From NCBI RefSeq assembly GCF_004010195.1, contig NC_057721.1:60952156-61016155 (forward strand): a stretch of 64,000 bases of DNA. Reading direction: 5' to 3'. Below the pieces are notes generated by a model that saw only the letters and a list, made by a program, of their open reading frames with translations, searched no databases and was not told the DNA's origin. The stretch is from Chiloscyllium plagiosum (lineage: Eukaryota). The number at the start of each line of letters is the position of its first letter. Position 1 is the stretch's first letter. Both the position numbers and the translations under genes were made by a program. Below are positions 25,260 through 38,494 of the stretch, one piece after another.

Positions 25260-27330
25260 CCATAGATATAGAAGCAGAATTAGGCTATTTGACCCACTGC
25301 TCCACCAATCGATCATGCTAAGTTTCTTTACTCTATTCTCCTGCCTTCTCCCCATAAGGTTTGACCACCCCCCTTACTAATCAAGAACCTATCTATCTCT
25401 GTCTTAAATACATCCAATGACTTGGTCTTCATAGCCTTCTGTGGCTGAGTTCCACAGATTAATCACCCTCTGGCTGAAGAAATTTCTCCTCATCTCAATT
25501 CTAAAGGATTGTCCCTTCACTCCAGGTTGTGAGTTCAGGTCTTAGTCTCACCAACTAGTGGATACATCTTCTCCATGTCCACTCTACCCAGGGCTCTGAG
25601 TATTCTGTAAGTTTCAATGAGATTCCTCCTCATCCTTCTGAACTCCATCCAGTACAAACCCAGAGTCCTCAACTGCTCTTCATATGACAAGCCTTTCATC
25701 CCAGGATCATTCTTGTAAACTTCCTCTGGAACACCTCCAACACCAGCATATCCTCCCTTAGATAAGGTGTCCAAAACTGCTCACAATACTCCAAATGCAG
25801 TTTGACCAGAGCCTTACACAACCTCAGGACTACATCCCTACACTTGTATTCTAGCTGTCTCATAATGAATACTAACACTGTATTTGCCTTCCTAACTGCC
25901 AACTGAATTTGCATGTTAACAGAGAATAGTACAGTACTGGAACAGACCCTTAGGCCCACCAAGCCTGTGCTAACATTATGCCTTTCTAAATTAAAAACCT
26001 TTTTCCTCTATGGAATCTTTATCCCTATATTTCCTGCCTATTCATGTAGCTGTTAAAATGCCTCCTAAATATTGCCATTATATTTGCTTCTATCATGTCC
26101 TCTGGCAGCACATTCTAGGCACTTACCACCCTTTGTGTAAAAAAAAACTTGCCTCTTACATCTTCTTTAAACTTGCCCCCTTTTACCATGTTGGCTTGCG
26201 CCTGACTCCAGATCAGAAGGTTCTGTATTCAAATCACATCAGCCTCATGGTATTTGACTGTAAATCTATGACTCTGTACTCCCTACAAATTTATATTTCT
26301 CCCCTGGAACAAAGGAGGACTATTCATTCTTACATGCTTCTAACAATTTTGTAAACTTCTATCTGATTGTCCATCAGCATCTGACATTCAAGTGAAAACA
26401 AACCAAGTTTGTCCCATCTGTCCTAATAGCTAATACCCACCAAATCAGGCAACAATTGGGTAAACATTTTCTGTATCCTCTTCAAAGCCTCCACATTCTT
26501 CTGGTAATATGATGACCAGAACTGTACACAATACTCCAAATGTGGCCTAACTAAAGTTCTATACTTGAGTATAATTTTTATACTCAATGTCCCAGCTGAT
26601 GAAGAAGAGCATACCATATGCCTTTTTGTCCATCTGATCCACTTGTGTTGCCACTCGACTGTATGTTAATGCCACTAAGGGTTCTACCATTTACTGTACA
26701 TTTCCCTCCTGCATAAGACTTTTCAAAATGCACCACCTGCATTTGTCCAAATTAAATTTAATGTACCATTTCTCCACCCAAGCCTCCAGCCTATCTACAT
26801 TCTGCTGTATCCTCTAGCAATTCTGCTCACTATCTGCAGCTCCCCATTCTTTGTATTGTCTACAAACTCACTAATCAGACCACCTAGATGCTCTTCAGAG
26901 CATCGGTGTGGTTTTGATGGGCTGAATGGCCTGCTACCACAATCTAGGGATTCTATGGTTCTATACATTCTCCTACAGATTATTTATAGGGATCCTAACA
27001 CTGATCGCTGTGGAGTACCACAGGTCACAGATCTTCAGTGAGAAAAACATCCTTCCACTGCTACTTTGTCTTCTGTGACCAAGCTGGTTTTGCATCCATT
27101 TTACCAGTTCACTGTGGAATCCATGTGACTTTACCTTCTGTATCAGTCTGCCCTGAGGGACCTTGCTAAATGTAGACATATAGACAACATCCATCGCTCT
27201 TCCTTCATCAATCATCTGTCACTTCCTCAGGAAACTCAATCAAGTTGTGATAGATAACCTCCCCAGTACAAAGCCATGCTTCCTATTGCTAATAAATTCA
27301 TATGTTTCCAAATGTGAGTAAATCCAAACC
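25260..27330 (-). mobile_element. Two adjacent CR1 LINE fragments
   Basis: Minus ORFs [54 protein letters not shown]; separate 3' tails at about 25260 and 25925. Confidence 0.8.
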
Positions 27331-29939
27331 CTAACAGTTTTCTCTTAACCTTTAGGGAATCTTGTACTGGAACTCTTAAGTCCATTTGTGCTTCAGACCT
27401 TCAAGGCTTTTCCCAGTTTAGAAATTTTTCTACACTCTATTCAACTGATCTACGCAAACAATGTTCCCAAGCTAAACCAGTCCCACCTGCCTGTGTTTCG
27501 CCCATATCCCTCCAAATCTTTCCTATTCATGTACTTATCTAACTGTACCTGCTTCCATCATTTCCTCTGGCAATTCATTCCATGCACTAACTCCTGAACT
27601 ACAATGATCTTTACCTCGGTTGTTTTTTAAAAATACTACTGTGAAAGTTATTTGAACTTCAAAGCATTTAAAAGATATATTGTATAAAAATAAAAAATAT
27701 AAATGCAGTTATGGAACTGCATTTAAAATAAATAATCCAGCTATAAATATCCTTCTCCAGATGATCCAGGCTCCCATGTGAACTGTTAGTGTATGGTCTT
27801 GTCATTATGGATCATTGGAATTAAACTGTTTTCCAGAACCATTTAAAACCATTGCCAGAAATACATTTTAATTTTGGCTCATTTAAATGGGAATATGCTG
27901 TAGTACCAAGAAAGGGAAGGAAAAATATAAACTAAGCTGGATGGTTCCAAAGGGAATGCAGGAGCAGCAATACCTGGGCATACATGCCCACAATTTGTTG
28001 AAGGTGGTGGGGTGGGTTGACAAAGTGATTAAGAAGGTGTGCAGAATCCTAGGTTTTATAAAAGGATCAATGGGTGAAATCTTATTTTGGATCGGGGTCT
28101 CATGTGGCTGAGAGACCCAGCTGCCTATTTGTGGAATGATCTCTCCACCATTAGCCAATAAGGCAGCCTGCAGAGCAGAAAACAGTTACAGGAAACTTTG
28201 GGGCTTATTGGGCACTTATTGTGTTTAGTAATTCCTCATTCAGATTTCTTTTGCAATTTGTGACAGTAGACCATTGGACTTCAAAGGGTCAATGCTTTTG
28301 GTTCCTCCATGTTGAGAGTGAATATTATAAATGAATCTAAATTGTCTTCATAATTGATCTGTTTCACTTCTACATTTTCTGTAAGAATGCCTGAGACTAT
28401 CTGTTATTTGAGGTTTTGCTTTTCATTTATGAGAAAAGGCTTTGCTGGCTGGCCAGCATTTATTTCACATCCGTAAATGCCCTTGAGGAGGTAGTGGTAA
28501 GTTGCTTTCTTAAATCACAGCAATTCATGTGCTATAGGGAGACCTTAGGGAAGGCGTTCCAGGATTTTGACAAGTGACAGTAAAGGAATGGCAACGAGTT
28601 TGTAAGTCAGAATGATGAGGGGCGTAGAGGGGAACTTGGCCATATACCTGTTGCACATGAACTTCCAGATGGTAGTAATCGTGGGATTATAATGTGCTGT
28701 CTAAAGGACCTTGATGAATTTCTGTGTGCATCTTATATACATGGCACACACTGCTGCTATGAGCATTGGTGGTGGAGTGACTGAATGTTTATGGATTTGG
28801 TACCAGTCAAGTGGGCTGCTTTGTCCTAGATGACGTCAAGCTTCTTCAGTGTTGTTGGACTGCACTCATGTAGGCAGGTGTGGATTTTTCCATCATATTC
28901 CAGATGTCTGCCTCTTATATAGTACCAGCTTTTAGGACATCAAGAGATTACTGACACTCGGCTACTTTAGAGACGCTTTGAAACTCTCACCAGCTGTTCC
29001 GATAATAAAGCTACTGCTGTTGTACAGAAAACTTGTGTCATCTGGATTTGTGGAACAAAATAGACATCAACAAGGATGGATATGAGTGATCTTCAGGGTG
29101 TGGAGTACAGACTTACTGGAGTGGTTCACTGATGAAGAAAATGCAGTCACTGGATTGATTTGAAGAAATTGCTATTTTCTTTGAAGTAAACAAGTTAAAT
29201 ATATTTTTGATAGAGCTGTATAAGATTATAACAGACCTAGATATAACAGACAAAAATGTATGTATTTGATAGGTGATGGCACAAGGATTAAGATCAGACA
29301 TAAGGTTTTGAGACAGTGGGAGATGAGCAAGTGTTTCTGCTGACTGTATTGGCTGGAAATATGCAGAACATGCTGCCTATTATGGTGGTACAAGCAGAGA
29401 AGATGAATGATTGATAAAAACAATTATATCAGATCTGAGGGAAATAAAATTGCAGAGTTTGGGGAATGTATGGGGAATGAGAATGTGGGATTCTGCTACA
29501 GAGAGCCAGCTTGGATTTGATGGGCCTCTTTCTGTGCTATAATGCATTTTAGTTGGACTTGCTTAACTTGCTCTGGTCACCGAATAAATTGTCATTTAGA
29601 TAAATCTGCTCAGTGTTCCTACTCAGACCAATACAGGCTGTCCTTCCACAGCAGGAGATAATGTTTACTGCTTTATACTGGGCTCTGGTGTAATGGTGTG
29701 TGTAATAGTCTGCCAGCATTTATCTGAAATGGTAGAACACCAGTGCAGCAACACTAGGGACAGACTCTGGAAATGTGGGGAATGCCAGAAGGGAATTCTT
29801 TATTTTTTCTCTTGTTCACACCAAGTAATGAACAATGGTTTTGGCAGTTCATAAAGTTTTGCACATAGAGAACTTAGTTTTAGAAATGTTCACATCGTTG
29901 AACATGTACAGATTCACACAGGGTAGAGACTTTTATTTT

Positions 29940-30290
29940 CCTTTATTCATTCACAGGATGAGGGTGTCACTAGCCCAGCAGCATTTACTGCCCATCCCTA
30001 ATTGCCCAGAGGGCAGGTAAGAGTCGACCACATTGCTGTGGGTCTGAAGCCACAATGTAGGCCAGACCAGGTAAGGATGGCAGCTTCCTTTCTGAAAGGG
30101 CATTAGTGAACCAGATGGGTTTTTCTGACAATCGATCAATGATCATCATTAGACTCTTTAGAGGTTTTTTTTATTAAACTCAAATTCCCCCATCTGTTGC
30201 AGCAGGCTTTGAACTCAGGTCTCCAGAACACTATCTGGGGTTTTGGATTAACTGTCTAGTGACAAAACCACTAGGTCAATACTTCCCCAC
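29940..30290. repeat. Interspersed repeat, probably a LINE-3'-derived short element
   Basis: attcacaggatgaggg..cagcatttactgcccatccctaattgccc..cattagtgaaccagatggg recurs at about 17730, 34025 and 35550. Confidence 0.6.
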
Positions 30291-31129
30291 ATCGCTGTCC
30301 ACCTGCACAGAGTGAGCAGAGATTTTCTGGTTCATCAGGACTGGTTAATCACATATAAGTTTGCTGAATAATTGCAGGATTTGGATGTAGATGGGCTATT
30401 GACATTCATCTCCGAACCATGTATTCTGGGGTTTGTTTCTGATGATAATTGGAAACACCATCAGTCTTGTTATCTTTTGGGAATAAAAGCAGTTTCAATT
30501 AGCTTTCTGTTAAATGCATGGCAATCAAGTCTATCTCATAACTCTCAGGCAGATTAGTTTCTTTTGAAGGGCTCTCCATCTCCCCAACCTTCTCCATCCT
30601 CACCTCCAACAATACAATAATCTCATAGAGTCTCTTTATGACTATGAATGAGACAATCTGATCAGCTGCTTCTTTCCCTACTCAAATGTCAAGTTGGCTC
30701 TTAATCTCCCCTTGCTGCAGTTGTGAGCCTGCATCATTGTACAGTGTTGCTCATATTTCCTGTCTTGGCCTATCAGTGTTCATGATACTGCATGTAGCTT
30801 CTTGTATATGGGGCCGACTGTGTAAGAGTTTAGCTCTTTCCTTCCAACAACAGCAGTAGAATTGTACTCCAACAAAACTTACAGAATCACCGCCCAGCAT
30901 ATTCCCCAACTTACCTCTTACCATCAAACCAGAGGATCAATCCTCATTCAACTGAGAGAATTCAGGAGGGCATGCCAGTAACAGCAGCATGAATACCTAA
31001 ACATTAGGTGTTAACCTAATGAAGTTACCAAAGAGAACTACTTGTGTGCTAAACAGCATAAGCAGCAAGTGATAGACAGAGCAAAACAATCCAGTAAACA
31101 ACAGAACAGATCTAAGATCTGCAGTCCAG

Positions 31130-32732
31130 CCACATCATGAGATAGTTTTGGCAAGTAGAATTAAGGAGAATCCAAAGGGTTTTTACAAATATATTAAGGA
31201 CAAAAGGGTAACTAGGGAGAGAATAGGGCCCCTCAAAGATCAGCAAGGTGGTCTTTGTGTGGAGCAATAGAAAATGGGGAGATACTAAATGAATATTTTG
31301 CATCAGTATTTACTGTGGAAAAGGATATGGAATGTAGGGAAATAGGTGGTGACATCTTGCAAAATGTCCAGATTACAGAGGAGGAAGTGCTGTATGTCTT
31401 GAAACAGTTAAAGGTGGATAAATCCCCAGGATCTGATCAGGTGTACCCAAGAACTCTGTGGGAAGCCAGAGAAGTGATTGCTGGGCCTCATGCTGAGATA
31501 TTTGTATCATCGATAGTCACAGGTGAGGTGCCGGAAGACTGGAGGTTGGCAAACGTGGTGCCACTGTTTAAGAAGGGTGGTAAGGACAAGCCAGGGAACT
31601 ATAGACCGNNNNNNNNNNNNNNNNNNNNNNNNNNNNNNNNNNNNNNNNNNNNNNNNNNNNNNNNNNNNNNNNNNNNNNNNNNNNNNNNNNNNNNNNNNNN
31701 NNNNNNNNNNNNNNNNNNNNNNNNNNNNNNNNNNNNNNNNNNNNNNNNNNNNNNNNNNNNNNNNNNNNNNNNNNNNNNNNNNNNNNNNNNNNNNNNNNNN
31801 NNNNNNNNNNNNNNNNNNNNNNNNNNNNNNNNNNNNNNNNNNNNNNNNNNNNNNNNNNNNNNNNNNNNNNNNNNNNNNNNNNNNNNNNNNNNNNNNNNNN
31901 NNNNNNNNNNNNNNNNNNNNNNNNTTCAGATAAATGCGAGGTGCTGCATTTTGGGAAAGCAAATCTTAGCAGGACTTATACACTTAATGGTAAGGTCCTA
32001 GGGAGTGTTGATGAACAAAGAGACCTTGGAGTGCAGGTTCATAGCTCCTTGAAAGTGGAGTTGCAGGTCGATAGGAGAGTGAAGAAGGCATTTGGTATGC
32101 TTTCCTTTATTGGTCAGAGTATTGAGTACTGGAGTTGGGAGGTCATGTTGCGGTTGTACAGGACATTGGTTAGGCCACCATTGTAATATTGCATGCAATT
32201 GTGGTCTCCTCCCTATCAGAAAGATGTTGTGAAACTTGAAAGGGTTCAGAAAAGATTTACATGGGTGTTGCCAGAGTTGGAGGATTTGAGCTGTAGGGAG
32301 AGGCTGAACAGGCTGGGGCTGTTTTCCCTGGAGCATCGGAGGCTTAGGGGTGACCTTATAGAGGTTTACAAAATTATGAGGCGTATGGATAGGATAAATA
32401 GACAAAGTCTTTTCCCTGGGGTCAGGGAGTCCAGAACTAGAGGGCATAGGTTTAGGGTGAGAGGGGAAAGATATAAAAGAGACCTAAGGGGCAACCTTTT
32501 CACGCAGAAGATGATACGTGTATGGAATGAGCTGCCAGAGAATGTGGCGGAGGCTGGTAAAATTGCAACATTTAAGAGGCATTTCGATGGGTATATGAAT
32601 AGGAAGGGTTTGGAAGGATATGAGCCAGGTGCTGGGAGGTGGGACTAGACTGGGTAGGGATATCTGGTCAGCATGGACAGGTTGGACTGAAGGGTCTGTT
32701 TCCATGCTGTACATCTCTATAACTCTATGACT
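31130..32732 (+). mobile_element. CR1 LINE ORF2 fragment (gap inside)
   Basis: KSPGSDQVYPRTL..VPEDWRLANVVPLFKKGGKDKPGNYRP, then C-terminus and tail. Confidence 0.92.
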
Positions 32733-33334
32733 CTACTCACTGCAAGTTGCCTAGTCTCTGAGCTGTTCTTGTAGCACAGTATCTACATAACTAGTTCAGT
32801 TCATTTTCTGGTTAAAATTAACAAGCAGAATGTTGATAGTGGAGGAATTCAGTGATGCCATTCAATCTCAACGGGTAATGGTTACATATTTGACATAAGG
32901 CTGCAATGAGGTCAGGAACTGAGTTTCTTAACGGAACAAATTGGGTGTCAGTCAGCTGGTTATCGCTAAGTAAGTGCTACTTGATTTCATTTTTGATGAT
33001 CCTTTCCATCACTTTGCTGATTATCAAATGTAGACTCATAGGGCAGTAATTGTCTGGGTTGGATATGTCCTTTTTTTCTGCATAGGACATCCTTGGGCAA
33101 TTTTCCACATTGCCAGATCGAAATGACTGATGTAGCTGTACTAGGAGAGCTTACTAGGGATGCAGCAAGCTGTCCAGCACAAGTCTCCAGTACTATTGCT
33201 GGATTGTCATTGCCTTTGTGTTATCCAATACAATTCCTTGATATCATATAGAGTGAAATGAATGGGCTGAAAATTGGCATCTGTGATGTTGGGATCTGTA
33301 GAGGAGACTGAAATGGAGCATCCACTCGGCACTT

Positions 33335-33565
33335 AGAGTCATAGAGATGTATAGCATGGAAACAGACCCTTTGGTCGAACTCATCCATACTTGAGTTTTT
33401 GCTAGCATTTGCCCCATATCCCTCTAAACCCTTCCTATTCATGTACCTATCCAGATACCTTTTAAATGTTGCAATCGTACCAGCCTCCACCATTTCCTCT
33501 GGCAGCTCATTCCATACATGTACCACCCTCTGCGTGAAAACGTTGTCCCTCTTATATTTTTCACC
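33335..33565 (-). mobile_element. CR1 3' end
   Basis: FTQRVVHVWNELPEEMVEAGTIATFKR. Confidence 0.8.
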
Positions 33566-33619
33566 AGAATTGCACACAACATTCCATTCTGGATGAGGAC
33601 TGTTGCACTGAGGTATTGG

Positions 33620-33794
33620 AAAAAGTGAGGACTGCAGATGCTGGAGATCAGAGCTGAAAATGTGTTGCTGGAAAAGTGCAGCAGGTCAGGCAGCATCCAA
33701 GGAGTAGGAGAATCGATGTTTCGGGCTTGAGCCCTTCTTCAGGGAGGGCTCCTGATTCCTGAAGAAGGGCTCATGCCCAAAACGTCGATTCTCC
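33620..33794. mobile_element. 175-bp non-autonomous PLE-derived insertion with two opposed hammerhead-like cores
   Basis: Perfect 16-bp TSD TGCACTGAGGTATTGG (33604-33619, 33795-33810); cores at 33711-33745 (-) and 33755-33790 (+). Confidence 0.85.
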
Positions 33795-34084
33795 TGCACT
33801 GAGGTATTGGGCAACCAGTCAAAGATGGGGATATTTCTAAAGTGTCTTCCTCTTCAATGGAGCTTTTTAATTGTCCACCACTATTCATGACTAGATGCAG
33901 ACTACAGAACGTAGTTATGATTTTTTGGATGTGGAATTGCTGAGCCCTGTTTAACACTCACAGTTTAAGCTGCTTGGAAAATAAGTGGACTTGTATTGTG
34001 GTTTAACAAGGTATTTTTAATTTATTCACAGGATGAGGGCATCGTTGGTTAGGCCAGCATTTATTACCCACCCATAATTGCCAG

Positions 34085-35545
34085 GCCAGATTTATCCTGG
34101 GCTGCTCCAGGAAGTGTGAAAGGAGGTTGCTAAGCTGCGGGCGAAGATCTTTGCCTCCTCACTCTCCACGGGAGTCATACTGGAGGTTTGGAAAGAGGTG
34201 AATGTTGTTCCTCTTTTCAAGAAGGGTAATAGGGAAATCCCTGGCAATTACAGACCAGTCAGTCTTACCTCTGTGATCAGTAAAGTTTTGGAAAGAATTC
34301 TGAGGCATAGGATTTATGACTATTTAGAAAAGCATAGCGTTATTAAAGGCAGTCAGCATGGCTTTGTGAGGAACAGGTCATGCCTCACAAATCCTATTGA
34401 GTTCTTTGAGGAGGTGACAGACTTTAGCAAGGCATTTGAAAAGGTTCCCCATGGCAGGCTCATGCATAAAGTCCTGAAGTATGAGATACAGGGAGATTTG
34501 GCTATCTGGATTCAGAAGTGGCTGGCTGACAGAAGGCAGAGAGTGGTTGTAGATGGAAAGTATTCTGCCTGGAGGACAGTGTTAAGTGGCATCCCACAGG
34601 GCTCTGTTCTTGGGTCTCTGCTCTTTGTAGTTTTTATAAATGACTTGGATGAGGAGGTTGAGGGGTGGGTTAGTAAATTTGCAGATGACACAAAGGTGGA
34701 GGTGCCGTTGAAAATATCGAGGCTGCAGTGCAGCACAGGATGCAGAGCTGGGCTGAGAAATGGCAAATGGAGTTCAACGTGGATAAATGCGAAGTGATGC
34801 ATTTTGGAAGGTCGAACTTGAATGCTGAATACAGATTAAAGACAGGATTCTTGGCAGTGTGGAGGAACAAAGGGATCTTGGTGTTCAAATACATAGATCC
34901 CTCAAAGTTGCCACCCAAGTGGATAGGGTTGTTAAGAAAGCATATGGTGTTTTGGCTTTCATTAACGGGGGGATCGAGTTTAAGAGCCGCGAGGTTTTGC
35001 TGCAGCTCTACAAGTCCCTGGTGAGACCATACTTGGAATATTGTGTCCAGTTCTGGTTGTCCTACCATAGGAAAGATACAGAGGCTTTGGCGAGGTGCAA
35101 AGAAAGTTTACCAGGATGCTGCCTGGACTGGAGGGCTTGCTTTATAAAGAAAGGTTGACTAAGCTCAGTCTTTTCTCTCTGGCAAGAAGGAGGAAGAGTG
35201 ACCTGATCGAGATATATAAGATAATGAGAAGAATGGATAGAGTCAATAGCCAGAGATTGTTCCCCAGGGCAGGATTGACTGGCACGAGAAGTCATAGTTT
35301 GAAGATATTAGGAGAAAGGTATAGAGGGGACGTCAGAGGAAGGTTCTTTACGCAGAGAGTTGTGAATGCATGGAATGCGTTGCCAGCGGTGGTGGTGGAA
35401 ACAGATTCATTAGGGACATTTAAGCGACTGTTGGACATGCACAGGGATAGTAGTGAGTTGAGGGGTGTGTCGGTTAAGTTATTTTATTTTACATTAGGAT
35501 TAATCCTCGGCACAACATTCTGTGGAGTACTTTTCTATGTTCTAT
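34085..35545 (+). mobile_element. CR1 LINE RT and 3' end
   Basis: NYRPVSLTSV, DFSKAFEKVPH, GIPQGSVLG, KFADDTK. Confidence 0.93.
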
Positions 35546-37746
35546 AATTGGATTTATTGCCCATCCCTAACTACCTAAAGGATGCATAAGAGACAACTAC
35601 ATTGCTGTGGATGTGGGTTGGAGTTACGTGTAGCCAGACTGGATAAGTATGGCAATTTCCTTCCTAAAAGGACATTAGTGAACCAGATGGATTTTTCTGA
35701 CAATGGATTCATGATCATTGTTATAATCTTAATCCTGGTTTTTTATTGAATTCAAATTCCACCATCTGCCATGGCAAGATTCAAACCCAGGGCCCCCGAC
35801 CATTACCTGGGTTTTGGGATTAACAACCCAGCAATAATACCATTAGACCACCACGTCCCCTGGACTGAGTTAACCACTCACTTTTATGAACAAAAAACAG
35901 AAATTGCTGGAAAAGCTCAGCAGGTCGGGCATGCATCTCTGGACAGAAATCAGAGTTAACGTTTTAGGTCCAGTGACCCTTCCTCAGAACTAGGAATGTG
36001 CAGGTTAGAGGCATTAACCATGGGGATAAGGTTGGAGCTGGATCTTGGTGGGATGCTCTTTGGAGAGTCATTGTAGATGCAATGGGCTGAATGGCCTCTT
36101 TCTCCACTGCAGGGATTCTATTACATGAGTAAACCAATTGTTTAATGGTTATCTTTTAATTCCAGATTTTATTGAAATCAAATTTCATCATTTGTTGTGG
36201 TGGGATTCAAACTTGGGTCACCAGGAATTTACCTGGGTCTCTGGATTAGTAGAGAGTAGAAAGAAAGAACAAGGTTAAGTTAAACATTGCAGTAACTGCA
36301 CACCAACATAATGCTCACCTTGAGGTTAGCCATGACTGCAGTCAAGTAAGAATCTGTTAAAAAAAAATGCAGTCCTTCAAAAACTTTGCTGGTGTCCAAG
36401 TCAAGTTAGTGTCACTACCAGGAGGATTTTCATCAACTTTATGGAACAGAGACCCTTAGCAAATTAAATAGGGACCCAGTAGCAGCTGCCAAAGCACGCT
36501 GACAGCTCAGACAGAGGTTTTACGTCAAGCATCACAGATAACTTCTACAGGAAGCATGGCTCAGCCTGGGTAATGTTTCATTGTGAATGAGATTATGTAG
36601 TCTGGATTAGTAGTCTAGTTACAATACCTTCACTTCTCACCTGCCCTGTCACAGAACTGTTGATTTTGATATGGAGAGGCAGAATGGCTGATGATGATAT
36701 GAGGACACTTTTCTATTTTTAATGGAAATCTTCAGGGTTGCATCCTCATCCTGCTGATACCAGGGAGAAACCTCTATTACAGTCAATGCTGTGGCAGCTG
36801 TATCTGTCCAACAGCTTGATGTTATGTATTTAGGTTAACAGCAATATGAATCCATCAGTACCTAGCCTCTCCATTGACAATACCTCAGCTGTGTATCACC
36901 TTGGTAACACACGAAACTTGTTTCTTCATGGCCCCAGGCTCATCTTTTGAGGATCTCATAGGAGGCTTTGACCTCAGACCTGCGGCATGCCGGCCCACGG
37001 GTATAATGATGGTGAGGCACTTACAGCAATCTCTTCTGTGAATATCTCCTCTGCCTGATGGATGCTTTGGGAGAAGTGACGGCCAGTAAACCATGGCAAA
37101 AAAACCAGGAGTGCACTGATCTAAACTGTCACTTTTCTGAACGTCCTGAAATCAGGCCAACTGTAGTGCTGTGTGTTCCGTATCAGACGTAACTAAACCT
37201 GGAGGTTTGAGTGGGGGTCTTTGATGTGTGGGTAGGCCAGGGTTTCTATAGCTTTTGCCCTAGATAAGAGCATTCTCAGAACAGATAGCTGACACTGCAT
37301 TCAATCTGCCCAAAACATCTTATATGGTTTTATAATGCTCAGGAAAGCAATTATTTCCTCCAATATAAAACAAAGAACTGAAGATACAGCAAATTTGAAA
37401 TGAAAACAGAAAACGTTAAGAAACTCAATAGATCTCAATGCTGCCTCACAATGTCAAGGACCTGGGTTTCATTCCAGCCTTGGATGACTTATCTGTGTGT
37501 TCTCCCTGTACATTTGCGGGTTTCTGTCAGGTGTTCTGTTTTCCTTTTACAGTCCAAAATGTGCTGACTGGGTGAATTGCCCATGCTAAAATTGTCTGAT
37601 GTGTAGGTTAGGTGGATTAGCCATGGTAAATTAGGGAGCTGGGGCTGGGTGGGATGCTCTTTGGAGCCAAAAGGCTTTTTTCTGCACTGTAGGGATTCTG
37701 AGGTCTGTTGGCATCTCTGGAGGGGAAATAGAGTTAGCATAGTGGA

Positions 37747-38042
37747 GCATGGTGGCTCAGTGGTTAGCACGAGGGACCTGGGTTTGATTCCAGCCTCAGG
37801 TGACTGTGTGGAGTTTGCACATTCTCCCTGTGTCTGTGTGGGTTTCCTCCAGGTGCTCTGGTTTCCTCCCACAATCCAAAGATGTGCAGGTCAGGTGGAT
37901 CAGTCATGCTAAGTTGCCCATAGTGTTAGGTGCATCAGTCAGAGGGAAATGGGTCTGGGTGGGTTACTCTTTGGAGGGTTGGTGTGTTGTGGACTGGTTG
38001 GGGCAAATGGCCTGTTCGCACACTGTAGGGAATCTAACCTAA
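37747..38042 (+). mobile_element. HE1-type V-SINE, about 270 bp upstream of the MIS18A ATG
   Basis: gcatggtggctcagtggttagcac..cacactgtagggaatctaacctaa; another degenerate SINE at about 37440-37700. Confidence 0.85.
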
Positions 38043-38159
38043 TTTCAGGTCCAGAACTATTTGACCAGCTGACATTGTGTTTTATCATGATATTATCCTC
38101 CTGCTGACTAAGTACCACTGGAGTGGGATGTGGGTGGAACATCTAAAATTGCTCTTTAA

Positions 38160-38325
38160 CTTCAAACAAACTTTAACCAGCGGAAACTAGATACTCTGTA
38201 AAGGAACTGCGCACGCGTAGGTGTACGTTCAACGATGGCTTCGTGCGCAGGCGTGCAGCCGGCGACCTGACGTTCTCTGCGCCTGCTCAGTGTGGTCCTG
38301 GTGGACGGTTTGAAAGATGGCGGGA
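38160..38325 (+). promoter_or_regulatory. MIS18A CpG-rich promoter / 5'UTR
   Basis: Local CpG enrichment in a CpG-depleted window. NRF1-like TGCGCACGCG, TGCGCAGGCG and TGCGCCTGC. CHR-like TTTGAA at 38309-38314 and TTCAAA at 38161-38166. YY1-like AAGATGGCGG over the ATG. Confidence 0.65.
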
Positions 38326-38494
38326 GTGACGGTGGATCTGGTAACGGACGATGAAGCGGACAACAGGGATTCGGGTACTTTCATCAGCGGGGATTTGCCG
38401 GTCGTGTTCCTCTGCTCCCAATGTCGGCTGCCGGTGGGAGACTCGCTGGCCTGGGTCGGAGCAAACCCGAAGGAGGACATGATCTACCTGAGCA
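38317..38494 (+). CDS. MIS18A: MIS18A exon 1 (CDS part)
   Basis: MAGVTVDLVTDDEADNRDSGTFISGDLPVVFLCSQCRLPVGDSLAWVGANPKEDMIYLS: first CxxC of the Yippee/Mis18 domain (P.VFLCxxCR.P.GDSL.WV). Donor A|GTGAGT, phase 1. Confidence 0.93.
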
